Below, in pieces: positions 1 to 14,355 of a stretch of DNA of 64,000 bases. The stretch lies in assembly GCF_009914755.1 (NCBI RefSeq), contig NC_060929.1; one strand, 5' to 3'. The position numbers and the translations under genes were made by a program. Every line of letters starts with the position of its first letter. Within the stretch, counting starts at the first letter, position 1. The DNA is from the human T2T-CHM13v2.0 reference genome, Homo sapiens. A model generated the notes under the pieces. The model was not told the origin of the DNA and did not search any database. It saw only the letters and a program-made list of their open reading frames with translations.

Positions 1-926
1 GAAACAGTCCTGGAGGAAACGACAGGCCTAGGAGTGCATAGGGGGTAAGTGGCAGAGCTGGGACAAGAACCCAGATTTCTTACTGCCAACAAAGCCTGGG
101 GTTCTTGTGTCACTCATCAGAATGAACCCTATGTACCACCTCAAGCTGTACCTGAATATGCTATGTCCTATCTACCAGGGATAGTTTTGGGTTCTGACTG
201 CTGATTGAGATGAATAAACCACTCAGAGCCTGAAATACAATGTAACTGTATTTGTTACTTTCATTCCTTTTGGTGCCATTTGGAACAGTAAATCAATTAG
301 ATGAATCAAACAGCAAGTTGACACTAAGCATCACAGTGAAATTTACTACTTGACAAGTGTTTATTATTTTTCTGCCGTATCATACAATTGCACTCAATAT
401 CTTAATTGCCTTTAAATGCATCTCAATTGCAGGCGAGTCTCATCATCAGTTACCCAGATTCCAGCATCTGGCAGCCATTCCTATGAAATTTCTACAGATT
501 TTAGAAGCATGTTCACCACTCATTTCTCTGAGGCCAGTGTCAAGCACTTTCAGTGAGACAAACAAACAAATACCATTCAGCTATTTGGCATCATATGTTG
601 ACAAAACAACTTGGTGGTAGTTTCTCATGACTTACATTGATGCTTTGCTTTGAATTACAATAATTTATTGTTGATTTGTATTGACAAATTGGTTTGTACT
701 AAGCCCTCTCCATAAATTACTTTATTTAATCCCCATAATTGCCTATTAGATAGTATCATTTTCATTTTACATGTGAGCAAAATAACGCATAGTCAAGTTT
801 AGTGATGCCCATGGGAATATAGGTCATACATGAAGACACATCCAATCAAACCCACTCTAGCTCATGCCAATACCCATGTGTTTAACTGGTTCTCACAAAG
901 CCCATGGACTAGGTATAAGTCTAGAA

Positions 927-1130
927 AAGTGGTTCTCAGCAGAGAGCATTTTGTGCCCCAGGGGCCATTTTGGAAGCATTTTTGGTTGTCACTGAAGAGG
1001 TAGTTCTACTGGCACCTAGCGGGTAGGGACCGGGGATGCTGATCAGTGTTGTACGATACATAGCACAGCCTCCCACAACAAAGAATTATCTGGCCCAAAA
1101 TGTCAACAGTGCCAGGATTGAGAAACCCTA
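927..1130 (+). mobile_element. MER20 hAT-Charlie DNA transposon
   Basis: Matches recalled MER20 consensus (agtggttctca...cacaacaaagaattatctggcccaaaatgtcaa...gagaaaccct); 8-bp TSD gtctagaa/atctagaa. Confidence 0.88.
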
Positions 1131-1589
1131 ATCTAGAATAACTAGTCCCTTTAGCTGGCTAGAAGCAGGTGTTGATTGAAGAACAGGGCCTCAGTGAAGG
1201 GCATGAGTCCGAGTTCTCACAGAACCGTCCACCGCAGCTGTTGTTGAGAGAGAGCTAAGCCAAGGGGATGTGACATACAGAACCAAAGCATCTGCTACTA
1301 CTTGCCAGATAGGTCAGTGTTAAGAAGAATAAAATGGGAAAAGAGATAGAAAGGGCCAGATCAGCCACTATTAACTAGGGTGGCCAGGAAATGTCCCAGT
1401 GAGATATGCAAGACCTTAGGGAAGCTAGAGTCCCAGCTAGTGAGTCGTAGATGCTCAGCCTCCAAACCATGCCTTGCGTACTTGGCTTTGCCATTCTGCA
1501 AACCAAATGTCTGCTTTGTTGGCTGGCTTCTTGTGCAGCTCCATGAACACAGGGTGTCACAGGGGAGTGGAAGCTGGAGGAAGGAAAGG

Positions 1590-2020
1590 GGCTCGCTCCT
1601 GTGAGCTTTCTGTCTGCTGTGGTTCCTATATACGTCATTCCTGGAATGCTTCTTTACCCCTCAGAGGCAGTGCTTTTCCGGAGCAGCAGCTGAGTCCAGG
1701 TTAGTCTTTCTAACTCTTGCAGAACCAGCCTTACAGCAGCCCCTCAGAAACATCAGGTTCATCTGGACAGTCCCTCTTTCTCAAAGGTCTAAATTTCTGC
1801 TCAGTAGGGTCCCTATTCTAAGTGTCTAAGTTTTTGTGATTATTTTATCTATTTTCTCAGCCCTAGAGCTAGTAGTTGCTCCCTGCAGTTGCTAACTCCA
1901 TAATACTGCAGAGCATTCTTTCAGTGTTAACGACTATATGCCTAGTTAGCAATATTTTATGTTAAAATGGTGTTTAAATACTCAGGCCGTTTCTGTCTCC
2001 TGACTGAGCCCTGTGAGATA
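1590..2020 (+). mobile_element. Old ERVL-class LTR fragment (subfamily uncertain)
   Basis: End gtttctgtctcctgactgagccctg resembles ERVL LTR 3' ends. Confidence 0.35.
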
Positions 2021-2024
2021 TAGT

Positions 2025-2480
2025 GAGAAACTGAGGCATGTGCCTATCTGGGAAAATAACATTCTAGGTAGAGGGAACAGCAGATGCAAAGGTCCTGAGG
2101 TTCGATCCTGCCTGGCATATCTGAAGAACCTCAAGGATGCAGCTGGTTGAGGCAGAAAGAGTAAGGGGAGGAATGAAAGGAGTTGACGTCAGCAAGGCAG
2201 CCAGGGCCAAGTGGGCGGGGGTGGGCTTGAAAATCCCTATAAGGCTCTGGCTTTTACTACATGTGAGGGGTCTGAGCAGAGCACCAACATGGTCTGAATG
2301 GCCTCTCAGCAGACTCCCTCTGGATGCTCTATTGTGAATATATGGGATGGAGGTAAGGTGTGGACAGTGAGACCAATTAGGAGTTTACAGCAATAATCCA
2401 GGTGAGAGAAGACAGTGACTTGGTCCAGGAAGTAGCTGTAAAGGTGGTGAGGAATGGTCAGACTCTGGATATAGAAATAT
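2025..2480 (-). mobile_element. L2 LINE fragment
   Basis: Typical L2 stretches cattctaggtagagggaacagcagatgcaaaggtcctgagg and agtgagaccaattaggagtttacagcaataatccaggtgagag. Confidence 0.75.
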
Positions 2481-2619
2481 AACTCCCAGTAGCCATTGTC
2501 TGATGTATTTAATTCTGCAAAAGGTTTAGCCTTCACAACTTTTCTCAGGCCCTGTCATGTGTGGTTATTTCCCTTTGCCTTGTCTTGTCAGCTAGAGGGC
2601 TGCGTTATGCAGAATAGTA

Positions 2620-2990
2620 ACCATGACCCTCACTTGAGTCAAGCAAACCTAGTTCCCATTCAGGCTCTACCACTTGCCAGCTTTGTGACATTTGACAACT
2701 TATTTAATCTCTCTATGCATCACTTTCTATACCTCTGTAACTGAGGTTAATGATACCTACCACATAGCTTTGCTCTGTGGATTAAATAACATAATGTAAG
2801 AAAAACATTAACACAGAGTCTGCCACATAGTAGAAGCTCAATATGTTGAAGCTAAAATTATTTTTTTTACTTTTTAATCTTAATTTTACTATTTTATTGA
2901 GATTAAAAAGTACCACTTACCAACTTTGTGACATTTGGCAAGTTATTTAATCTCTCTATACCTCACTTTGCTCCTCTGCATTGAATGAAG
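2620..2990 (+). mobile_element. MIR plus a second partial MIR copy
   Basis: MIR core ctttgtgacatttg(a/g)caa.ttatttaatctctct occurs twice. Confidence 0.7.
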
Positions 2991-4155
2991 AGTATGTAAT
3001 GATAATGATGATAATGATAATGATGATGATGATGTACACATAGCCTTAATGGCTTAGAAATATTTTTCTCTTTTATTTCCTTTTTGGATGAAACTTAACT
3101 GGCCTCAAGATATAGAAGCCTCCCTGACTTTGCCTTTCCCTTCTCCCTTATCAGAATCACAAAGCCCTCTTTTGGCAAATATGCGTACTAAAGCAACACC
3201 AATTGATTTCCCTATCAACAGACTCCTTTTATAATCACAGTTGCTCTGCAGGCCAGGCAAGGCAGGTGATAAGACTGGTATTATACAGAGGCGAGAAGTG
3301 AGGCTCATAGCAGCTGAGTGAGTCTCCTGAGTGTCATGACGGGTGAGCGCAGGCCTGGCCAGGACCAAGGTCAGGAACCCCTTCCCCATTGCTCTTGCCC
3401 CTGAGCAGCATTGCTTAATGACTTATGTATGAGTCTTCAAACAAGGGCTCAGGACCAAACAGCCCTAGGAAATGGGGCTACGCTTTAGTATCTGAGGTGC
3501 AGGGATATCCCTGAAGTGGATGTTTGTGCAGGAGAAAACTGAATGACAATACTAAGAAATCATACACAGCTCAATTTATTAAGACATTAGGATGTGTGCC
3601 AGGTACCATTTTTGGAAGTTACATACCTTATTTCATGTATACAATTTACTTTTTATACTCACTAAGTGGCAGGTGCTCTACTTAGACTGTTCTTACAGAT
3701 TAGAAAACTGAGGCTCAGAGCAGTTACGCAGTTTATCTAAGGTTACAACATGCATGGTGCCCGTACCCTTAACCTCAGAACACACTCCTGAACCTTTGCC
3801 CTGTTCTATGGCTAATAGATCACTTTCACTGGCAAGCAATGACACCTTCTCCTACACTGAGTTCGCATGAAAAAGGTATCCTAGTTGAGAAGGCAACCAG
3901 ACATCTGTGACCACGTAAAAAGATGTACTGCCGTGGAATGCAGGCAACCTCTACAGCAGCCTGCTTTTCACACGTCTCTCCTCATAAGCATCTGTTTCTC
4001 ATGTGCTAATGAGTCACTTGTCAGGAATAACTAGAAAAGAAGTGTGGGAATGGAGTGGATATTCCAAATGGAGTTTCCCTTTCTCCAGAGGGCAGTTGAA
4101 AGGCAACAGCTCTCTGTGGATATGAGAGTAAGCAGATGGGCACGTTTTCCAGTTA

Positions 4156-4568
4156 CAGTTGATCGTTGAACAGTGTAGGAGTTAGGGTTGCTGATCCCCT
4201 GTGCAGTTGAAAAATCTGCATATAAGTTTTGATTCCCCCAAAACTTAAATACTGGTAGTTTACTGTTGACTGAAAGCCTTACTGATAACATAGTCAGTTA
4301 ATGCATATTTTGTACTTATAATAAAGTAAGCTACAGAAAATGTTATTAAGAAAATCATAAATAAGAGAGCATATATTTACTATTTGTAATGTGGAAGTGG
4401 ACCATCATAAAAGTCGTCATCCTCAGCATCTTCACACTGAGGAGGCTGAGGAGGAGGAGGATGAAGAGGGGGGTTGGTCTTCCTGTCTCAGGGGTGGCAG
4501 AGGCTGAAGAAAATCCATGCGTAAGTGGACCCAGACGGTTCAAACCCACGTTGTTCAAGGCTCAACTG
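4156..4568 (-). mobile_element. Tigger2a-type TcMar DNA transposon
   Basis: TIRs cagttgatcgttgaaca / tgttcaaggctcaactg with TA target duplications on both sides; internal sequence matches recalled Tigger2a. Confidence 0.88.
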
Positions 4569-6144
4569 TACAACATTTGAGTGGTTCCTCTCACCATGGT
4601 ATGGTGACTGATAGACACAGGAAGGAGGAACTAGTCCAAGCTTTCCTTGGCAGGAGTCTAGCAGAGGACAGCACATCCCAACTGGAGTCTGGCTTATAAA
4701 GACATACCCTGGGTTTGAGTATTCCCAAGTCTGCATGATTCAAGCATATATTTTTAAGTTGGTATTTTCACTTTGGTAATAAATAAATAATAGGAGCAGA
4801 TCTGGGGTCATCTGGTTGGCCACCTTATAAACTTACATTGCCTTGTGAATTCAGAGCTCACAGTTGCGTTCATGTACACACCGCTGTTGCTGGCTAACTT
4901 TATGCACTGTCTCTAACTGGAGGGTGCAAACCTCCAGCAGTCTGTAGGCCCATTCATGGGGATCTAAACATCCTCAATTTGGGAAATATTGAGAGAAAAG
5001 AAAGCACAGGGTACTGCAGGCAAACCGAATAGCATTCAAATCCCAAATTACCATCTACTAGTTATGAGGCATGGTCAAATAAGTTACTCCCACCTCCTTG
5101 ACACCTTTGTTGTGAAAGTGAACATCTACAAATGCCTTAACAGAAGGGCTGGGCACACAATGGATGCAGTAATCTTCACTGGTAAGTAAGACGAGATTCA
5201 GAAAATGTGAGTTTCCTAGGCTCAAAGAAATAAATAAATCCGGAATCATTAAGAATACAGGTTCTTGAGGCAGAATGCCTTGGTTCAAATCCTGGCTCTG
5301 CCATTTACTAATTCTGTGAATTATCACAAATGTTCTGGCTTGTTGTAGACATTAAATGAGATAATGCACATATAATGTTTATTGGAATAGTGCCAGCCAA
5401 AAAGTATTGCTCTTATCTGATGATTGAGGTAGAACTTGAACTCAGTACAAAATTCCCAATTCAGTGCAGAAATCCTTTCCTCAGTAACTGAACAAACGTT
5501 TATTCACTTGTTAATTGATCACAGAGCTAAGGAAACCTTAACCCTGTGATCAATTAAGGTCACTTAGAGCAGTTTGGATTTGGGAACTAGTAGTACAATA
5601 ATAGCCCCCCTCTGCCTGCCTAGCCTGGCATTATCTGTAAATGGCTTTACAAATTAACAGCTCTGGAAAGAGACAATCATCTGTCAGAGTGGCAAAAGTC
5701 TCCCTGTTCCATTTGGTGCGAGATCTTACTTGCCTTCTCACAGCTGCTTTGGTGGTAAGACAACTCTAGATGAGTGGGTATACCTGGGCAGTTTCACATC
5801 TAATTAAAAAACACTGCTGTTTCTCAAGCAACAGCAATGCAAGTGACAACTCCCTTCAAGCTGGGTTGCTTCCCCCATTTGCATTAATTTACTCAAACAT
5901 GACGGGAGCCACATTAGATTTGGTAATTACCTGAGTCTACAATTCATTCACTGAGCAATTAGCATCGCACTTAGAGCAGCCTGGATGTGGTAATTAGTAG
6001 CGTAATAATAGCCCCCTCTGCCTGCCCAGGCTGGTATTATCAGGAAATGATTAGACTTTATTATACATCACCCCAGCCTTCTCCTGCAAGGCAGTGTTCA
6101 CAAAGACTGGGTGAGGAGGGAGGTTTGCTAGATGTTTTAATCAT

Positions 6145-6698
6145 CAAAATATATTATATATTAATATATATTTAATATATCATTAAAATATATTTTAATA
6201 TATCATTAAAATATATTTTGATATATCATTAAAATATATTTTGGTATATCATTAAAATATATTTTGGTATATCATTAAAATATATTTTGGTATATCATTA
6301 AAATATATTTTGATATATCATTAAAATATCATATATTTTGATATATCATTAAAATATCATATATTTTGTTATATCATTAAAATATCATATATTTTGATAT
6401 ATCATTAAAATATTAAAATATATTATATTTTAATATATATTTAATATATCATTAAAATATATTATATTTTAAGATATATTAAATATATCATTAAAATATA
6501 TTATATTTTAATATATATTTAATATATCTTAAGATATATTAAATATTAAATTAAGATATATTTAATATATATTAAAATATATTATATTTTAAGATCTATT
6601 TAATAGATCTTAAAATATAATATATTTTAATATCTATTTAATATATCATTAAAATATATTATATTTTAATATCTATTTAATATATCATTAAAATATAA
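6145..6698. repeat. AT-rich minisatellite (about 21-26-bp units, atatcattaaaatatattttg) with internal palindromes
   Basis: Directly visible tandem units, nearly pure A/T. Confidence 0.95.
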
Positions 6699-6809
6699 AG
6701 TGCCTTGGTTTAAAGAGATTCAACCCTAAGGCAGTTTCACAAAAGCCAGAGCTCTGTTAGCTGGAAACAAAGATTTTACAGTTGGTATTTTTTCCATGAA
6801 CACAAATCC

Positions 6810-7700
6810 TAGACATTTATTCATCCAGCCACTTATTTACTAAAATTTTTTTTTTTGATTGCTTACAACAGTCCAGGCACAGTGCCATGCCTTGGACATA
6901 TCAGAGTGGAGACACAGTCCCTGTCCTCATGGAGCTAGCAGTGTAGTGTGAGAGACCACAGCCAGCTATAAGATTATAGCTACAAGTAGTGTCAGGAGTG
7001 AGAGGTATTTGGTGATGCTATGAGAGCATGTCAGAGGGGGGATGAGATCTCGGTTAGTGTGTCAGGGTTCTGTCACTGAGGAAGCGACAGGAGATGAGAA
7101 CTGAAAATTGAGTAGGGGCTCACCAAGCCAGGGTGGGGAGGATGCAGGCAAAAGGACCAGCAAGAGCAAAGGCCCACAGTCCTGGGGGCAGGCCCATGTG
7201 GTGAGAGGGGAACAAAGTAGGCATCAGCCTAAGATGAGGGCACAAAGTCAGCAGGGACCCACCACACTAAGGACTGTTGTCCTCGTCCTAAAAGCAATAG
7301 GATGGCAGCCAAGTTCATGAGCAGGGGAGGTTCCTGAAGATTTTATGTTTTTAATGAACATTCTGGCTGTGGTGTGTTGAATGGACTAGAGTGAGGTTGG
7401 AGTGAAAACCCAGGGGTAAATTAGGAGGTGTATTAGCTTCCTGTTGCTACTGCAACAAATTACCACAAACTTAGTAGCTTCAGGTAACACAAATTTATTA
7501 TCTCGCATTTCTGGAGCTTAGAAGTCCTGTATGTTGGTATCAGTGGAGGTATTGAGATGTAGTTGGATTCAGGATATAGCTTCAAGGTAGAGCTGACAGG
7601 ATCTGCTGATGCATTGACTGTAGGGGCAGTGAGGACATTCCAGGCATGGGCATGGAGTTGGCATGACTGTAATTGATAGACTGTTAGAGACTCTGAGTGG
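6810..7700 (-). mobile_element. L2 fragment interrupted by an MLT1-type LTR fragment (about 7429-7528)
   Basis: L2 3' motifs (tccctgtcctcatggagct); MLT1 end tgtattagcttcctgttgct...caaattaccacaaacttagt. Confidence 0.7.
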
Positions 7701-9327
7701 ACAAGTATATGAGAGATAAGAACTCGAGGGGGGAGGGCAATAATAGGGGACCTCTCAATTTTGTGAGTTTCACCTTCAGGAACTCAACCAGATTTCACTG
7801 TAAATATCTGAGAAGAATCCCCTCATGCTTCTGACAGGGAGGAGGGAAGTAATTATTTTGAAATATTCCAGAGCATTCTGTTCTTAATGAGGTCTGCCTT
7901 CAGGAGAAATATGTAGCAAGCCTAACCTATGAGAATTTTATCTAGCCCAGCTGACCTTGGGGGAAGGGAAATATCCAACTCCAGCCCCCTTAAGCCACCC
8001 AAGAACCAAAGGGGGTGACAAACTAAGAAGCACGTGTGAAGTTCACTCACAGCCCAGAAGCACAGGATCTCTAGAAGACAGAGAACTAATCACAGGACTA
8101 CAAACCATTCCCCTCCCCGCATACCTTAACACCATATGGGTAAATAGTGTGCCTGTTTACTAAAGTGTCTTTACCAAAGACATCATGTGTAGCTATCAAG
8201 AAAAAATTACAAGGCATAGTAAATGGCAAAAAACAAAACCAAACCAAAACAAACAAACAAAAAAAACCACACAGTTGGAGAGGCCAGCTTAAGCATCAGA
8301 ACCAGAATCAGATATGGAAGGGACATTGGAATTATCAGACTGGGAACTTAAAACAACTGTGATTAATATGCTAAGGGTCTAATGGAAAAAGTAGATGACA
8401 TGCAAGAACAGATGAGTAACGTAAGCAATGAGATGGAAATTCTGAGAAAGAACCAAGTAGAAATGTTAAAGGTCAAAAACACTGCTGCAAAAATGAAGAC
8501 TGCCTTTGATGGACTTATTAGTAGACTAGACATGGTTGAGAAAAGAATCTGTGAGCTTTAGGATATCTCAATAGAAACCTCCAAAATTGAAAATAAAAAA
8601 AAGACAGAAAAAAAATACAGAGCACAGTTTCCAAGAACTATGGGACAACTAAAAAAAAAAGTGCACCACAAGTATACAAGAAAAAGAAAATAGAAAGAAA
8701 CAGAAGAAATATTTCATGGAGAATAAATAATCATGGAGAATTTCCCTGCAAATGAATGTCAGATGCCAAACTATAGATCCAGGAAGCTCAGAGAATACCA
8801 AGCAGGATAAATGCCAACAAAATTACAACCAGGCATTTCATTTTCCAACTAAAGAAAATCAAAGATAAAAAATTCTGACAAAAAGCCAGAGTGGAAAAAT
8901 ACTTATAGAGGAGCAAAGATAAAAATTACATCCAACTTCTCAGAAACCGTGCAAGAAAGAAAAGAGTAGAGTGAAATGTTTAAAGTGTTGAGAGGAAAAA
9001 AAATGGCAACCTGGAATTCCAACCCTGTGAAATTATCCTCCAAAAGTAAAGGAGAAATAAGAACTTTCTGGGACAAAAAGAAATTGAGGGAATTTGTTGC
9101 CAGTATACCTGCCTTGCAAAAGGAAAAAATCTTCACAGACATTATTTAGATGGAAGGAAAATAAATAGGCCAGATTCTCAGTTTTACATAGAAAAAGGAA
9201 GAGCATCAGAGAAGGAATAAGTGAAGTAAAATAATAGCTTTTATTTTTCTTATTCTTAATTGCTCAGGTAGATAACAGATTGTTCAAAATAATAATAGCA
9301 ATAATGTATTAATTATGCATGCTTTTA

Positions 9328-9416
9328 TGCTCCTCAATGGAGTTACATCCTGATAAATCCATCATAAAGTTGAAAAATTGTTAAGTTGGACCATCATAAG
9401 TTGGTGACTATCTGTA
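9328..9416 (+). mobile_element. MER47/Tigger5-like miniature element inside the L1
   Basis: atgctcctc...gttacatcctgataaatccatcat...ccatcataagttggtgactatctg followed by TA. Confidence 0.55.
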
Positions 9417-11559
9417 CATATGTTTATGTGTAAATGAAATGAATGACAGCAATGAAATAAGGGATGAGAAGAGGAATTATGATTATTTTGTCATTATAAG
9501 GTATTTGTACTACCAAAAAGTTGTATAGTATCATTTGAAAGTGGACTTGGATTAGTTATTAAATATGTTTTCCCAACTCTAGGGCAACCACTAAAAAAAG
9601 TAAAAATAGAAGTTAAACTGATATGATAGAAAAGATAGAAAATAGAATAATATAAAATGCTTATTTAAAACCACAAAAGGTAGAAAAAGGGTAGAAGGCA
9701 AAAATAAGAACAAAGAACGAGGGCAACAAATAGAAGACAAAAAATTAATTTAGCTTTTTTAAGAATCACTTTGAATGATAATTGGCCTAAATACACCAAT
9801 TAAAGGACAGAGATTGTCAAAATCGATCAGAAGTAAGACCAAACTATATGTTGTCTACAAGAAACCCACTTTAAATTTAAAGACATATAGATTAAGAGTA
9901 AATGGATGGAGAAATATATACCAAGGTAATATTAATCAAAAGAAAATGAGAGCAGTTATATTAATTTTAAACAGAACACACTTCAGAGCAAGAAAAGTTA
10001 TCAGAGATAAAGAGGTGCATTACGTAATAATAAAGGTGTCAGTTCTCCAAGAAGACATAATAATCCTTAACACTGCATACACATAAGAACAGAACACCAA
10101 AATACAGGAGGCAAAAACTAAGAAGTGCAAGGAGAAATAGATAAATTCACGATTATAGCTGCAGACTTCAACACTTCTCTATCATAAATGAACAGATACA
10201 GAAGGCAGAAAATTAGTTAAGGGCATAATTGAACTCAACAGTACTATGAATCAGTAAAATTTATATCAATAGACTACTTTACCTAACGATGCCAGGATAG
10301 ACATTCTTCTTAAGTTCATATGGAACATTTACCAATATATTACACATTCTACATAAAACTTACCTTAACAAATGTAAAAGAATAGAAATTACACAATGTC
10401 TGCTCTCAGGCCACAGTGGAATTAAAGTAGAAATCTATAACAGAAAGATAGGTGGAAAATTCTGAAATACTTGGAGATTCAGCAACACACTTCTAAATAA
10501 CATATGGATCAAAAAAGAAATCTCAAAATAAGTTATAAAATATTTTGGACTAAATGAAGAAAGATCTAAAATCAGTGATTTAAGTTTCTAATTTAGGAAG
10601 TTAGAAAAAGAAGAGGAAACTAAATTCAAAGTAAGTAGAATGAAATAATAAAAATTAAGGGAGAATTCAGTGAAATTGAAAATAAGAAATTCATAGAGAA
10701 AATCAATAAAACAAAAAGCTAGTTCTTTGAAAACAATAAAATTGATACATCTCTAGCCAGTCTAAACAGAAATGAAGAGAGAGAGAAAGAACAAAAATTA
10801 TTAACATAAGAAATGAAAGAAGCGACATCACTATAGACACCATGGGCATTAAAGGGATAGTCAAGAATAATCAAGTACTACAAAATATGCCCACAAATTT
10901 GATAACCTTGATGAAATTGACCAATTCCTTGAAAGACACATTCTGCTAATACACAAGAAGAAATAGACAATATGAATAAGCTTATATATATATTAAAGAA
11001 ATTGAATAAAAATTAATAACCTTTCAAAACAGAAAGTACCAGGCTGAGATGGGTTCACTGGTGAATTCTGCCAAACATAGAAGGAAGAAATTATACCAAT
11101 TCTCTAAATCTGTTTTAGAAGATACAAGCAGAGAGAATACTTTCTGACTCATTCTATGAGCATTATCCTGTACCAAAACCAAAGACATTACAAAAAAACA
11201 AAAAACCCTATAAATCAATACCTCTTGTGAACATAGATGCAAAAATCATCAACAAGATATTAGCAAATCAAGTCTAACAATGTATACACAGAATTGCCCA
11301 CCCAACTAAGTGGAATTTATCTCAGGTATGTAGGGCAAATACAACTTTTGAAAATCAATTAAGTAATCCATCATATCAATAGGCTAAAAAAGAAAAATCA
11401 CATGATTATATTAATAAATGCATAAAAAACATTTGACAAAGTGTAACCTCAATTCATGATTTAAAAAGCTCTCGGTAAACTAAGACTAGAGGAGAACTTT
11501 ATTAATTTGATATCGAAAATCTACACAAAACCCACAGCTAAAACCAGGCTTAATGGTGA

Positions 11560-11970
<411 letters not shown>

Positions 11971-14355
11971 TGCTTTTCAAGTTTGTACTGGAATGTTGTA
12001 AAATTGTAAAATATGTACAAGATTTATATGAAGAAAAGTACAAAACTCTGATGAAAAATATCAAATACGAACATAAATGGAGATATATTCCATGCTCATG
12101 GATAGAAAGGCTAAATATTGTCAAGATGTCAAGGCTTATAATTGATTTATAGATCTAATGCATTTCCAATCAAAATCTCAGTGAGGTTTTTTTTTTTTGT
12201 TTGTTTTTTAACAAAGAATAACTAATTCTAAAGTTTATATGAAGAGACAAAGACCCAGAACAGCCAACACAATATTGAAGGAGGAGAATAAAGTCAGAGG
12301 ACTGATACTACCCAACTTCAAGACTTAATATAAAACTGCAGTAAATGAAGCAGTATAGTTTGGCCAAAGAATAGACAAAGAGATCAGTGAAACAGTATAG
12401 AGAGCCCAGAAGCAGACCAAGGTAGATATAGTCAACTTATCTTTGACAAAGAAGCACAGGCAATACAAGGAAGAAAAGATAGTCTTGTCAACACATAGTG
12501 GTAGAACAACTGGACATTGACATGCAAAAAAAAAAAAAAAAAAGAATCTAGACACAGACCTTATATCTTGCAGAAAAATTAACTCAAAATGCATCATAGA
12601 GCTAAATATAAAATAAAAACCATGACAATTCTAGAAGATAGCTTAGGAAAAAATCTAGACAACTGTTGGTTTGGTGACAACTTTTCAGATATAACACCAA
12701 ACGTACAATTCATGAAAGAAATAATTGATGAGGTAGACTTTATTAAAATTAAAAATTTTGCTCTTTGAGGTTAAGAGAATGATAAAGCAAGACATAGACT
12801 GGGAAAAAATATTTGCAAAAGACATACCTGATACCAAAGGCATACTATTATCCAAAATATACAAAGAACTCTTAAATTTCAATAATGACAAAATGAACAA
12901 CCTAATTTTAAAAATGGGCCAAAGACCTTAACAGACATCTCATCAAAGAAGATATTTAGATGGCAAATAAGCAAATGAAAAGATGCTGCACATATATCAT
13001 CAGGGAATTGCAGATGGAGATGAGACACCACTACAAACCTATAAAAATAATCAAAATTCATCATACTGATAGCATCAAATGCTAGCAAGAATGAGGAGCA
13101 ACAGTAATTCATACAAAATTGGTTGGAATGCAAAATGGTTTAGCCACTTTGGAACACAGTTTGTCTGTCTTTTTACAAAACTAAACATATTGTTATCATA
13201 CAATCCAGCAATTGAGCTTCTTGGTATTTACACCAAGGAGTTGAAAATGTTGATGCAAAAACCTGCACACATGTATACAGGAGCTTTATTTGTAATTGCT
13301 AAAACTGGAAAGCAACCGAGAAATTTTTAGTAGGTGAATGGATAAATTGTAGTGCTTCTGACAACGGAATATTATACTGTGCCAAATCGAAATGAGCTAT
13401 CAAACCATGAACAGACATGGAGGAATCTTAAATGCATATACTAAGTGAAAGAAGCCAATCTGAAAAGTTTATGCACTGTATTATTTCAAAAATATGACAT
13501 TCTGGAAAAGGTAAAACTATGGAGAAAATAAAAAGATCAATTGTTGCCAGAGGTTGGGGTGGGGGAGGAGGAGGAAGAGATAAACACGCAGAGCACAGAG
13601 GATTTTTAGGGCAATAAAATTATTCTGTAAAATACCACAATGGCAGATACATGTCATTATGTGTTTGTCCAAGCCCACAGAATGTACAGTACTAAGAATG
13701 AACTCTAATGTAAACTATGGACTCAGGGTGATAATAATGTGTCAATATAGGTTCATCAGTTGTAACTAATTTACCACTCTGGAAGAGGATATTGACAATG
13801 GGGGAGGCTGTGCCTGGGGTAAGGAGGCATATAGGAGATCTCTGTACCTTCCCCTCAGTTATGCTGTGAACCTAAAACTGCTCTAAAAAGTAGTCTCTTT
13901 AGAAAACTTTTTTAAAAAGTACCTTATTTAGTCACGATCAATTGTTTAAGAAGTATGAAGGAGTCCACCACTTACAGCCAAGGAGATAAAGAAATGAATT
14001 GGAGCACTGGGGGTAATCCAGATGAGAGGACTTCTAAGAATCACAGTTATACTGGGTGATTTCAGCTCCATCGCAGTGCTCATCTCCCACAGGGCTTGTG
14101 AAGGCCGTGCTCCCAGAACAGGGAAGAAGCCAAACCCATCATTAAAACATTTAAAAATAGAAAATTAAATAAACCACTGAAACTATATTAATATGGGCTC
14201 TGCAGTTCTGTGCCAACAATTGTGCACCCTTAACTTTGTCCTGTGAGGACAGAAGTATAAACAGACACTTAAGGATATTTTGTATAAAGAAATAAATAGG
14301 CAGACACAGACAGACTCACAACAGACAGTGACAGACTTACAGAGCACTTTCAGAG

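Noticed and set aside
1-900. HTR4 exon a (RYTVLHRGHHQ...)
   Set aside because: No matching sequence found by eye; it probably lies just outside the window on the left.
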